The translations under genes and the position numbers were made by a program. Under the pieces are notes generated by a model. That model did no database searches, was not told the origin of the DNA, and saw only the letters and a program-made list of their open reading frames with translations. A stretch of 64,000 bases of DNA, from NCBI RefSeq assembly GCF_009914755.1, contig NC_060931.1; one strand, written 5' to 3'. The number at the start of each line of letters is the position of its first letter. Within the stretch, counting starts at the first letter, position 1. Positions 13,601 to 29,964 of the stretch are shown one piece after another. The stretch comes from the human T2T-CHM13v2.0 reference genome, Homo sapiens.

Positions 13601-15065
13601 TGATGTTCTTTTATTTTGATTTCTGTAAATGTTGTCAGGAAGTTGTTTGTGAAATACAAGGAATGTTTTCACCGAAAGTAGTGTTTATTCCCATGGTTAG
13701 AATTTGAGAACAAATTGACCAGAGTAAGTGCTGACTGTGTGGGCCCATCAGCTGCCTCTCCTGGTTTCTGGAACAAGGGTCCCTCTGTGCGGGCAGGTCA
13801 GGTTGTTTTCTCCAGGCATCCCTGTCTTCCTCTAGTCACACAGGTTCCCTGATTGTTAGCTCTCCTACTCTCTGAGTGAGTTTTCTCAAGCTGATCTGAT
13901 TAGAGCAGCACATTTCCTCTTAGGACAGTGGTTTTGAACCTGGGAAAGTAGGATACCTAGGAATTGGGAAGAGTAGGGGTGGGGGTAGCATGTGCAATTT
14001 TTTAAAAGTCTGTGGAAAGAATTTAACCTCCCTGTCAAGGCAGTCATAATTTCATTTATAGTATTTTGAAATTGCAAATAGTATAAAAGGATTTATGTAC
14101 AAAAACGAGATACCTAAGACTTTTATAAATGTCAAAACAGAATGAAGCCACTTTAATTGAGAGACTCTGCTCTTTGCTTCTTTTCAAGATGGTAATATGA
14201 GTTCAAGTTTTAAATTGCTCCAAATACAGCGCACATGCATGCGCACACACACATGCACATACTCCAAAGATAGCCATGCTCAAAAACAAACATCTATGTA
14301 GACAAAGGTCAAAATAGAAGCTTCTAGCCATAAGTGCAGGCTGAGGCCACCAACCCACTGGATTTTGAATCTAGAAATGCTCAGAGTTGGCCAGAACTTG
14401 GATTTCTGTGGGGTAGAAAGGACCTACAGCACATTGAGCCCTACTGGATAGTAAGAGTGACAGCAGCAAAGAGGTGGGGTTTCTTACCATGAAAAGAAAC
14501 TGAGAAGAAGACATGACTGGGCTATAGCTTGTATATATCTAATTTAATACTGGCAATTAAAAGAAAGCTTTTTGTTTGTTTGTTTAAAAGAGTTAATGCA
14601 AGAAAAGCTAAGTAGCTGTGTAGCCAGTGTGGCCAGAAGGAGCAGAGAAGGCCGTGGAGACAGAACCTATGTCAGGGCACCTGCTGATTCAATAGCTAAA
14701 TGTGTGAAATTGCCCCAAGAATGGAAGCCCTTGGCTGTTGACATAAGGCCTGTTCTATCATCGGAGTGCCAAGAGTTGGGTGGAGGTGCTGCAAAACCAC
14801 GAGAAAAGAGTGCATGATGAGAGAGGGGAAATAATAAAGCACATAAAGAAAAACCACTTTAAGAAAGCAAGTCAATAAAGTGTGGAGAATTAATTCTTGA
14901 AAAAATAAAAATTAAACATTCTCAAAATGAATTTAAAATAAGTATGTGTAACTTATTCAGAAATAAAAGAAAAAATAATAACCATAAAATGTTTTGTGAA
15001 ATTTAAAAGTGGGTAGAAATCAAAGATAAATGGATATAAAGAACCAATTTTAAAACCTGAAACTA

Positions 15066-15192
15066 GGCCGGGCACGGTGGCTCATGCCTGTAATCCCAGC
15101 ACTTTGGGAGGCCAAGGCAGGCAGATCACGAGGTCAGGACATCGAGACCATCCTGGTTAACACGGTGAAACCCCGTCTCTACTAAAAAAAAA
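15066..15192 (+). mobile_element. Left-monomer-only Alu (AluY-like) with TSD
   Basis: ends at 'tctctact'+A9; TSD aaaacctgaaacta / aaaacgtgaaacta (1 mismatch). Confidence 0.95.
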
Positions 15193-16382
15193 CGTGAAAC
15201 TAAAAAATGTGTGTAATAATCGAGACGAAAACTCAATAAATGGGATAAAATCTGACTGGAAAAATCAAAGAGAATTACTGAATTTGAAAATAGTATTGAA
15301 GAATTTACCAAGAAAGAAGCACAAAGAAATAAAGAGGGAAAAATATTAAGAAGATGTTAAGTGAAATAACAGTTGGATTGAGAGACTCAATATTGTTCCT
15401 CCCACCTCCAAAATTCAACCCACCCACAAACTTCTATTGAAAGCACTACTAAAGAACTCAGAACGTTCTTTAGTAGTTCTTTCAAAAAAAAGAAAACCTG
15501 GAATGATATGGGATGTAAGAAGCATTAATGAACAAAGTAATAGATAAAAAGATGTTGTTAAATTAATTACTGACAATTCAAGATTAACATTTTTGTTTGC
15601 TTAAAAGAGTTGGGAATAAAATGTAGACAGTAAATACAAGGAGGATAGAAGAGGTGGAATTCAATGGGCCAATGTCAACTAAGATCATCACTTTGTTTAA
15701 AAAGATGAGGATATTAAATTTCTTTAGACTTTGTCAGGAAATATAACATTTTATATGTATGTTGAAAGTAATCACCAAGATGATAGAAACGCAATCTATA
15801 GCTTCCAAACCATTAGAAGAGAAATAAAAAGAATAAAGATAATTTCATCAATCCTAGAGAAAGAATATAAGGGAGAAAAAAAGAAGCAAAAACAAAGTTG
15901 GGGGAGGTGGTGACGGGAAGATTATACAATGAAAACACAGCACAAAAGTGTATAAATTAACCCAGCTATATCAATTATCATAATAATTGTATATGGGTCA
16001 ACCTCAGGCTATCTAAAGAAGATGATCATATTTGGTTAAAACAAACAAACAAATGCTGTTTATCAAAGACATACCGAAAGCAAAAATACCTGGAGCAACT
16101 GAAAAAGATATAACAGGCAACTACTAACAAATAGAGAATTTGGTGCAGCAATATTAATATCATATAAAGTAGAATTAAAAGCAAAATCATCACTAGTGAT
16201 AAAGAAGCACACTGCATTATGAGAGGAGTTTTTCCTAGAAGATATAACAATTGTGAATTTGTATGCATTAACAACATGGCTTTAATACATATAAAGAAAA
16301 ACTAACAATTATAAAAAGATACAGACAAATTCACAATCATAGTGGATAACTTAATATACCTGTATCAAAAATAAAGCCATCA

Positions 16383-16681
16383 GACTGGGCGCAGTGGCTC
16401 ATGCCTATAATCCCAGCACTTTGGGAGGCCAAGGCATGTGAATTGCTTGAGCCCATGAGTTCGAAACCAGCCTGGGCAACATGGTAAACGTGGTGAGACC
16501 CTGTCCCTGCAAAAAAAAAAAAAAAAAAAATTACCTGGGTGTACATGCCTGTAGTCCCAGCTACACGAGGGGATGAGGTGGGAGAATCAATTGAGCAATT
16601 GAGCCTGGGAGGCAGAGGTTGCAGTGAGTAAAGATAGTGCTACTGCACTCCAGCCTGGGTGACAGAGCAACACCCTGTCTC

Positions 16682-16713
<32 letters not shown>

Positions 16714-16714
16714 G
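16383..16714 (+). mobile_element. Alu (AluJb-like)
   Basis: full dimer; TSD 'aaataaagccatca' on both sides. Confidence 0.95.
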
Positions 16715-18729
16715 AAATAAAGCCATCAGACAAAAAATATTTAGTAAAAATATAGAAGATTTTAACAACACAATTAAAAAGCTTCCCCAATAAATATTTA
16801 AAACATCAAGTTAACATTCCTCTCAATCATATAATAAAGCATCTACAAGTTTATTAAAAACAAGTCTCAATACATTTAAAAGGATTTAAATCACAGAAAG
16901 TATGTTTTCTGAACCACAATGGAATTAAATCAGAAATCAATAATAGAAAAAAAGATAAAATTTGCAAATATTTAGAAACTAAGTAGCATGCTTCTAGATA
17001 ACCTGTAGATTTAAAAAAAAATCTAAAAGAAAATTAGAAACTATTTTAAGCTGAATAAAAGTGAAAAAACATACATAAAAGTTGTGGGATAACACTGAAG
17101 CCATAGCAGAAAGAAAATTTCTAGCACTAAACATCTTTATTAGAAAAGAAGAAAGATCTTAAAATCAATGACTTCAACTGCAACCTTAAGAAATTAGAAA
17201 AGAAGAGAAAATTCAGCCTAGAGTAAGTAAGAAAAAGAAAATAAGAGTAAGGAAGAAACCAATAAGATAGAAAACAGAAAATCTAAGAAACCCAAAATGA
17301 ACAAGATTAATAAAATTAATAAACCTCTAGCTCTGCTAATCAGGAAGAACAGAGAAGACACAAATTACTAATATAGGGCATAAAAGAGGTGACATGACTC
17401 CAGATTCTATAGATACTAAAAGGATAATATGGGAACATTATGAACAATTTTATGCTAGCAAATTTAATAATTTAGATGAAATGGATAAATATCCTGAAAG
17501 ACTCATATTACTAGAGACTTCTTAAGAAAAAATAGATAAACTCATTAGCTTGTGTCCATTACAATTGAATTTGTAGTTAAAAATATTCTCACAAAGAAAA
17601 CTCCAGGCCCAGATGGCTTTACTGGTGAATTCTGCTACATATTTAAGGGAGAAAAAAAAATAATTCTATATGAATTCTTCCAGAAAATGAAAGAATAAGA
17701 TATACTTCCAAAATAATTGTGGAGGTCTGGCTTTATGCTGACAGCAAATACAGACAAATTACAATAATGTAATGTAGTAAACATAGGAGTGAAAATGATA
17801 AGCAAATTTAACAAAGTGAATCCAACAACCTAAGAAAGGCATAATATACATCATGATTAAGGGAGATTTATCTCAGGAATGCCATGCTCATTCAACATTT
17901 GAAAATCAACTGGTTTGCCATATTAACCAAATAAAAAATAAAACACACATGATTATCTCAAGAGATACAAAGAAAGCACTTAACAAAATCCAACATATAT
18001 TACTTATAAAATCTTTTAGCCAACTCGGTATAGAGGGAACTCCCTCAACCTAATAAAGGGCATCTACAAGCAACATACAGCAGCATTATACCTAATGGTG
18101 GAAGACTGAATACTTTCCCTTGAAGATCAAGACTAATACGAATATATCTGTCTATTCTTACCACTTCTATTCAACATTATATTGAAGGTTCTTTCCAGCG
18201 CAACAAAGAAAAAGGAAAGACATCTATTATGGAAAGAAACAAGTAAGCCTGTTGTTATTCACAGACAGTGTAATTGTTAATATAGAAATGCAATGGAATC
18301 TGTAAAAACACTTCTAGAACTGATACAGAACCAATAAGTTAGTCAAGTTGCAAGATACAAGGTCAATATACAAAAATCAATTCTACATCTATATACTAGC
18401 AACAAACAACTTGAAATTCAAATAAAAAATACCATTTACAGTATCATCAAAATTATCAAATACTTAGGGATATATTTTTTAAAGATGCGAAAGATCTATA
18501 AAAGGAGAACTACAAGATATCACTGAGTTAAAGTAGAACCAACTAAAAGGAGAAATAATGTGTTCATAGGTCACAAGACTCAATATTGTTAAGCTGTCAG
18601 TTACCCCTAAGTAAATCCATAGATTCAATGCAATCCTAACCCAAATCTAACAGGCTTAAAAAAACTTGTAGAAAGAAAATACAAACAATACCAAAGAAAA
18701 GATGGCAAACTGTATTAAAAAGTATGTGT

Positions 18730-19280
18730 GTCAGTATGATGCTGGCCCCATAGAATGAATTAGGGAGGATTTCCTCCTCCTCAGTTTTTTGGAATAGCTT
18801 CAGTAGAAATGGTACCAGCTCTTCTTTATTTATCTGTTATAATTCAGCTGTGAATTCATCTAATTCTGGGCTTTGTGTGGTTGGTAGGCTTTTTATTACT
18901 GATTTGATTTTGGAACTCATTGTTGGTCTGTTTAGGGATTCAATTTCTTCCTGGTTCAATCTTGGGAGGTTGCATGTTTCCAGGAATTTATCCATTTCTT
19001 CTAGGTTTTCTGGCTTGTGTGCATAGAGGTGTTTGTAGTAGTCTTTGAGGGGTTTTTTGTTTGTTTTTGTATTTCTGTGTGGTTGATGCTAATGTCTCCT
19101 TTGTCATTTCTGACTGTGTTTATTTGAATCTTCTTGCTTTTTTAATTAATCTAGCTAGCAGTCTCTCTACTTTATACTTTCAAATAACCAACTTCAGGAT
19201 TTGTTGATCATTTGTATGGTTTTTTTGTATCTCAATTTCCTTCAGTTCAGCTCTGATTTTGGTTATTTCTTGTCTTCCTT
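18730..19280 (-). mobile_element. L1PA/PB ORF2 fragment
   Basis: 'atgatgctggcc...atagaatgaattagggagg', 'aggaatttatccatttcttctagg'. Confidence 0.9.
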
Positions 19281-19349
19281 TACCTGTGAAACCCTCTATG
19301 TTCTATCCTTCATCCATTTCTCACTTCCCACCCCTGAATATAATCACTA

Positions 19350-20290
19350 TCCTGATATTTGTAGGAAGATTTCAAACTATTGGTTTAATTACTTTAATAG
19401 GTATCAGATTATTTAGATTTTCTCTTCTTGGGTCAAATTTAGCAATACACTTTCTAGGAACTTGTTTATTTCATGTGTTTTCAATTTTATTGGCATAAAG
19501 CTGTTTATAATTCTCTCTAATAAATTGTAAGTATCTACAATATCCTTTCATTTCTTCTTTTGCTTCTGTCATTTTTTTTCTTAATCTATATTGGCAGGGG
19601 GTCTGCTAATTTAATTAGCCTTTTAGAAAGTACTAACTTTTGACTTTATTAATTCTCTATGTTATCTTTCTTTTCCAGTTGAGTACTTCTGTCCTTATTT
19701 CCCTCTTCTTGCTTCTTTAGTACTTCTTCTCTTTTCAACATGTTTAAGTTGGATACTTAGTTCTTTAATTTCTAGCCTTTAATCTTTTCTAATGTAAATG
19801 TTTAATACCATAATTTATCTTCTAACTGATGCTTTAGTTGTATCCCGTAAGTTTTGACATTATTATAATTTCCACTTTTATTTCTTCTTTGATCCAAGAT
19901 TTGCTTAGAAATACACTTTCAAATTTCCAAGTGCATGGGTTTTTTAAAATATATTTTGATTATTGATTTCCAACTTAAAATGACCCCAATGATATCAATA
20001 TTTTGAAATTGAGACTTGCTTTATGGATTACTGTGAAGTCAATTTTTATAAATGCGTCAGTGTTTAAAAAGAGTGTGAATTCTCCTATTGTTAAGTGTCA
20101 TGTTTGAAATATGTCCCACAAATGTTAATTGTGTAGGTCAAATATAGGATATACTTATTTTTGTCAGCATAATCTGTCAATTATTGTCAGAGATATGCTA
20201 GAATTCTTCAGTATATTTGTTGATTTATTGATTTTATTTATAAATATGGAAATTTTTATTTCTGTAAGTTGAAGCTGTATTTTCTAAATT
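19350..20290 (-). mobile_element. Old L1M ORF2 fragment
   Basis: T-rich; 'gctttagttgtatcccgtaagttttga', 'ttgattattgatttccaact'. Confidence 0.75.
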
Positions 20291-20297
20291 AATGGAC

Positions 20298-22240
20298 CTT
20301 ATTTTTAAGAGAAGTTTTAGGTTTACTGAAAGTTGAGCAGATAACACAGACAGTTTTCATATGGCCTCTGTCTCCCATGCTCACAATTTTTCCTATTACT
20401 AACATTTTGCATTTGTTACAATTGATGAACTAATACTGATACTTTATATTGACTGAAGTCTGTAGATTACATTAGGATTCACTCTTTGCCTTGTAATGCT
20501 CTATGGGTTTTTGACAAATGTGTAATGTCATATATCCACCATTACAGTATCATACACAATAATTTCACTGTCCTAAAAATTCCCTGGCTCCACTACTCAT
20601 CTTTTCTTCCTCCAAATCCCTAGCTAGCAACTGCTTTTTATTTTATTTTATTTTATTTTATTTTATTTTATTTTATTTTATTTTATTTTTTTGGCAAAAT
20701 CTATTGTTTTGCTTTTAACAGAATGTTATATAGTTGGAATCATAGAGCATGTAGCCTTTTAGACTGGCTCCTTCTTCTAGGAAGAACACATTAAGATTTC
20801 TTCATGTCTTTTTTTGTGGCTTGATGCTCATTTCTTTTTATCACTGAATAATATTCCATTTTATGGATGTACCACATCTTCTTTATTCATTTACCTACAA
20901 AGACAGCTTGGCTGCTTCCAGTTTTGGTAATTATGAACAAAGTTGCAAAATATTTGTGTGCAGGTTTCGTGTGGGCATAACCTTTCAACTCATTTGGGTA
21001 AACACCTAGGAGTATAATTACTGGATCATATTGTAACACTATGTTTAGTATTATAAGAAACTGTCTTTCAAAGTGATTCTATCATTTTATATTCCCACAG
21101 CAATAATGAGAATTTCTGTTGCTCCGCATTCTTGACAGCATATGGCATGTCAGTATGTTTTGAATTTTATCCGTTCTAATAAGTGTGTAATGGTATCTTG
21201 TCGCTTACATTTGCAATTCCTAATGACATATGATCTTGAGCATCTTTTCATATGCTAATTGTCATGTGTGTGTCTTCTTTGATAAGGTATCTGTATAGAT
21301 CTTTTGCCCTTTTAAAAATTGGGTTGTTCATTTTCTTATTGAGTTTTAAGCGTTCTGTGTATGTTTCGGATACAAGTCCTTTATCAGGCAGGTATTTGGT
21401 AAATATTTTTTCCAACCCTGCAGTGTATCTTTTCATTTTCTTAACAGTGTCTTTTGCAGAGCAGTTTTAATTTTAATGGAGTCTAACTTAACAATTTTTT
21501 CTTTCATGGATTTTGCTTTTGGCATTGTATCTAAAAACTTACCACCAAACCCGATTTTTTCTGTGTTATTTTTTAGAAGTTTTTAAATTTTGCATTTTAA
21601 ATTCAGGTCTGTGGTCCGTTTTGAATTAACTTTTGTGAAAAATGGAAGGTCAGTGTCTAGAGTAATTTTTTTAGCATATGAGTATCCAGTTATTCTGGCA
21701 CCGTTTGTTGAAAAGACTTTCTCCATTGAATTGCCTTTACTCCTTGGTTAAAGATCAGTTTCATGTATTTGTGTGGTTCTATTTCCGAACTCTCACTTCC
21801 GTTCCATTGATCTATTTGTCTATTCTTTCACCAATACCACACTCTTTTAATTGTTGTAGCTTTATGGTAAGTCTTGAAATTAGTGGTGTCAGTTCTCCAG
21901 TCAGAGAAACTTTGTTCTTCTCCTTCAGTATTGTATTGACTATTCTGGGTCTTTTGCCTTTCCATATAATCTTTAGAATCAGTATGTCAATATTCACAAA
22001 ATAACTTGTTAGGATTTTGACTTAAATTACACTGAATATTAGATTAAGTTGGAAATAACTGAATCTTAATTATTGAATCTTCCCATCTATGAATATGAAA
22101 TATCTCTCCATCTTTGTATATCTTAGAGTTTTAAAACTATCCTCATACAGAAATTATATATATTTTGTCAGATTTATTCCTAAGTATTTTATTTTTTGGT
22201 ATTGATGTAAATGGTATTATGTTTCTATATTTTCTTTTTG
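20298..22240 (-). mobile_element. L1MC/MD 3' part (ORF2 end and 3'UTR)
   Basis: 'agttttaggtttactgaaagttgagcaga' terminus; ORFs 21248-21436 and 21812-21997 resemble ORF2p (LKIIWKGKRPRI...LKEKNKV). Confidence 0.9.
20636..20692. repeat. (ATTTT)~10 pentanucleotide repeat
   Basis: direct reading. Confidence 0.95.
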
Positions 22241-22249
22241 GTTGCATGA

Positions 22250-25700
<3,451 letters not shown>

Positions 25701-25749
25701 TTTAAACCAGATCTTATTCTATATATTTCCTCTCTTTCTATGACCATAA

Positions 25750-25990
25750 TCAGACATTTATCAAGTGCTTATGACATGCCAGGCCCTAGACTAGGTGGTT
25801 TGCATAGTTTCCTCATTGAATACTTGCAATGACCCAAGGAGGTAGCTATTATGAACGTGCTTTATTTACATAAGAGGGAACTGAGTCATAGAACTTTTAA
25901 TTACCCCCTTCCCTTACCCAAGGTTACATATTGGGGCTGACGTCCAAGTCTTTCTCTAAAGCCTGTGCTTTGTGTATACAATACTGTCCC
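25750..25990 (-). mobile_element. MIR
   Basis: 'acatttatcaagtgcttatgacatgccagg...gagggaactgagtcataga...cccaaggttaca'. Confidence 0.8.
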
Positions 25991-27479
25991 ACATCTAGAT
26001 GAATGATTTCAAACCACCAGCTTACAGCTAATATGCTATACTCTAGGTATGTTAATTCATGTATTTGTTAAGCTAATAGGACATTTCCTTCTTTGGATTG
26101 AAGGATCAGTGATTTGGTTGGCTCACTGGCCTCTACACTCATTTTCTGTGGAGCTAATCCAGAGTAAACTCTGGCTTATGTTGTCAAATAATTTAATATT
26201 AGCAGAGTAAGCTATGATATTAGTAACTATGAAAATGCTGCGAATAGTTTAATGACAAAGTACCTGGAGAAATAAGCCTATTGGTTTGGGAGAGAATGGA
26301 TTATAATAATAACTTATTTAAAGATATTATTTTATCTCTCTTGGTATAGAAAGCAGACCCTGGGTGTCAGTAGAATTCACCCTCTGAATTTTAATAATCT
26401 GTTCATTACTTGAAGACTTATCCTGATTGTCTATCTTACTTGCTCTAGAGCTTAGCACAGGCCTCGTGATACTGAAGAGCAAACAAACATGTTGTAAGAA
26501 GGCTCCACTCTTACAATGCCTGAGCATTTACAGTCTGCACCTGGTGCCCGACCTCTGCTAGGGGTGAAGGGCACCAGGAGCCTGCACTCTTGGAAGTTCT
26601 CTTGGCTGCTCCCTGCACACTCTGTATGACTGTCATAACCATAGGGTAGTTTACCCGTTAGGAGGCATCCTCTGTTGTCCTGCCGCTTTGCCAGTGGAGC
26701 TGCACAAGGTTGTAGCAGGAATTTCTAATTTCATGTCATCAAACATTTATTTGGTGATCCTTAAATGTGCCTACCTGAGGCTGGTAATGTGACACAAGAA
26801 TTATCCATGAAGCTTAAAGGCAGAAATCCCTTTTGAAACAGGTTGTACAATGGCATGGTATGTCATGTACCTCATTACTGAATTCTGAGCGTGTTCAAAT
26901 CTTTGAATTTTATGATTTAATTAACCAAATGCACCTTTCAGAGCAAGGGAAAAATGGAAGACTCTGAAAGCCCTCAAATTTCTTAAGTCCCTGCTATGAA
27001 CTACATTGAGCAGGTATCGCCTTGCAGACAAAGATGGAAACTTATACAAGCCCGAAGGCACAAGGCTGCTTCCTACTGGAGCTGTCATGAGAACAAATGG
27101 CGGAAACAGGAAGTCTGTACCGCATGGTGGAATTTATGCCAGAAAATTAAAGGGATATAATCCATTCGTTCCAGCTTCACAAACGGCGTGTTAGACATTT
27201 GCAGTAGGGAATGGCCTTGGGATTTTAAACATCTCTTTCCAAAGAATTGAAAGTTTTTGAGAAAGATTATTATTAAAAACTTGAACACACCACACTTTCC
27301 ACTGTAAGGAGAAGACAAGCAAGAAGATTTGTAGATTCTGTATTCTTCCAGCAAGCCAGGGATGTGAGTGAAGAAAAAAATGTACTTCTGCATTCAGAAA
27401 GAATTTATAACAGGTCTAGGCTGTGTCAGAAATTGTGCTAGATGCTCAGGATGAAAGCCGGATTAAGAAAAATACAAAA

Positions 27480-28370
27480 ATGACCTTCAGATTTGAGGAG
27501 AGATACATAAACATGCATAGGTGACAAGTAAGTAGCAGACGAAGTGGGGGTGCAGAGAGCAGGCAATATTGCTTGGGAGAATAAGAAGGTGTTGCAGAGG
27601 AGGCGAGGTTTGAACCGAGCCTAAAAGGATGTTTAAATGTCTGTAGGGAGAGAAGGGCAATATGGGAAGAGGCCACAGCGTGTACAAATGCATGGAGCCC
27701 TGAAAATAACCCACACCTGTGCTGGAGACAGTTGGTCATCCAGTCATTTATTGTGTCCTTTCATTTGTGTTACTATAATGGAACACCTGAGGCTGAGTAA
27801 TTTATATAGAAAAGACGTTTGTTTGGCTCATGGTTCTGCAGGCTGTACAAGAAGCATGGCAGCAGCATCTGCTTTTGGTAAGGGCCTCAGGAAGCTTTTG
27901 CCAAGGGTAACTGATGGGTCATATAGTAAGAGAAGGAGCAAGAGGGAGGAGGAGGGGTGCCACCCTCTTTTAAAAAACCAGCTCTTGAATGAATGGAGTG
28001 AGAACTCACTACAGGGGAGGGCACAAAGCTATTCATGAGGGATCCACCCCCATGATCCAAACATCTCCTACCGGGTCCCACCTCCAACCTTGGGGATCAC
28101 ATTTCAACATGAGATTTGGAGGGGACAAATATTCAAACTCTATCACCTGTGTTTAAGAATGATTGGAGATAACAAGAAAAAATGTCCAGGTGTGGTTGGA
28201 GGCCACATTATTCTGTGGATTTACAGTAGGGGCATAACTGGATCATATTTGTATTGAGGAAGTTAATTCTGAAAGTAGCATGGAAATGAAAGAAGGCCTA
28301 AGAGTACATAGACACTAAGAAAGCACTGCAGTGCTCTGGGTGAAGATGATGTGTGCTAGACCATGGCTGA
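27480..28370 (-). mobile_element. L2 fragment split by an MST LTR
   Basis: 'ggaggcgaggtttgaaccgagcctaaaagga', 'ggatcatatttgtattgaggaagttaattctg'. Confidence 0.65.
27752..28145 (-). mobile_element. MaLR LTR (MSTA/MSTB)
   Basis: 'ttggctcatggttctgcaggctgtacaagaagcatgg', 'tttcaacatgagatttggaggggacaaatattcaaactctatca'. Confidence 0.93.
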
Positions 28371-28944
28371 GGCTGTGTTTAGGTCTTTGTTGTTATTCGG
28401 TAATGAGGTTTGCCAAAAGACATGGCCTTCATTATCACCTGCCTGGTTCTATGACTGAAGGGTTGTTCTGGCTTTCTCCCACTTTTGTGTTTTGTTCTGG
28501 ACTAGGCAAAACTGTGCTCTGCTTAAATGTCAGACAGGCCTGTGGTGGAATCCCATCTCCACCTTCTTTCAAATGTGAGACTTGAGGCCTTTCTGGCCTA
28601 ACTTGACTCATCTGTAAAATGAAACAATGGTGCCCAGTGCAGTGCCTTTAATAAATTTTGGCTGCTTGTGACTCTTGGAAGGGGCAACTAAGTCTTATAC
28701 ATTTTCATAGACTGGACTCAATGCATGGATGTTAATTAATTTGTCTTGATTCAAACAATAAGTTCAAGCAAGGGATTTAATCTCCTGGACATCTCAACTC
28801 TTCTGTGTAGTGTGCTGTCTGTCATCCTTCCACTTTGGTGTAGTATGAGAAATTGCTTATGTTAACTTTACTGAGCATTGCTAGATGACATGATTCAATT
28901 TTGGAGCCAGATGTGCCTGTAGATATCATCTGTTAAATTTTCTT

Positions 28945-29250
28945 CTTCATGCATCCATTCATTCAGCAAACAATAACTAAATATCTAAATGTGCCGGGTG
29001 TTAGGCTAGGCAGAGGCAAAAATGAATTAAGCCAAATCTCTGCCTTCTGGATGCCCAGAGACTTTGGGGGTTGTAAGCACATAGTTTGTAATACAAAGTA
29101 CTATGGAATTTTGGGGAGGAGAAGAGAAAATAGGGCTTGAATGAGCAAGAAAAGGATACAGAGGGTTCATGAAAGAGTTGACACTTGAGCCAAATTTTGA
29201 AAGATATATCCAGGTTTACTAGGTTGGCATTGGAGGTGAAGGTGGGTCAA
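28945..29250 (-). mobile_element. L2 3' end (probably continues at 29785-29955)
   Basis: 'catccattcattcagcaaac...atgtgccgggtgttaggctagg'. Confidence 0.75.
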
Positions 29251-29254
29251 AATT

Positions 29255-29780
29255 CCAGTATTTTTGTGTAACAAACTACCTTAAAACTCAGGAGGCTACA
29301 ACATCAGTTTTTAATTTCTCATGATTGTATGGGTTGGTTGGGCTCCCTGGGGTAGTTCTGTTCCACATGGTGTTGACTGAGGTCAGTAAAATTGGGGGCT
29401 CTGATTGATAGGTTAGAAGGTGGCTTCTTTCACATGCTAGTGCTTCAGCTAGGATGGCTGGAATGACTAAGGTCTAGCTGAATCAGCTCTCCCTCTTCTC
29501 TCTGTCTGTCTCTCTCTCACATTTAGTTGTCAACCCAAACTTCTCTATGTGGTAGGCTGGATCCCAAGAGGGAAAAAGGAAAGGGGCAACACCTCTTAAA
29601 GTCTAGGCCCAGAAGCCTCAGAGCATCACTTCTGCCATTTCCTATTCATTGAAGCAAGTCATGAGCCAGCTTGGATTGAAGGGCAAGGAAGCAGTCTCCA
29701 TCTTCTGACGGGAGGAGCAGCCTGCATGCAGACAGGTGGGAGGAATGGTTGGTGGCCATCTTCGGAGACAATTTAGCCCA
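29255..29780 (-). mobile_element. MaLR LTR (MLT1H/I/J-like)
   Basis: 'gtgtaacaaactaccttaaaactcag', 'catcacttctgccatttcctattcattgaagcaagtca', 'ggtggccatcttcggagac'. Confidence 0.8.
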
Positions 29781-29964
29781 GTCAGTCCAGGCAGAGGCCA
29801 GAGTATTTGTAAGAGGTGCCTCTACTCTCAGTAAAGGAAAAGACAAGGTCAGCTGCTGAGAGCACAGAGGAAAGGGGAGGGCCAGGGACCTGAGGAGAAT
29901 AAGGGAATAGATGAAAATATCTGGTAGGGATCCTGAGGGTTACAGAGCCATGTTGCAAACCATA

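Larger units (their letters stand above)
14850..18720 (+). mobile_element. Old L1 (L1M) mosaic: ORF1 remnant, endonuclease and RT regions
   Basis: 'agagaattactgaatttgaaaatag' (ORF1), 'atgctgtttatcaaagac' (EN), 'aggcccagatggctttactggtgaattct' (RT); ORF 17853-18053 resembles ORF2p (HMIISRDTKKALNKIQH). Confidence 0.9.

Noticed and set aside
27006-27194. 62-aa ORF with protein-like composition
   Set aside because: Non-ATG start, no recognisable homology and no convincing splice pair.
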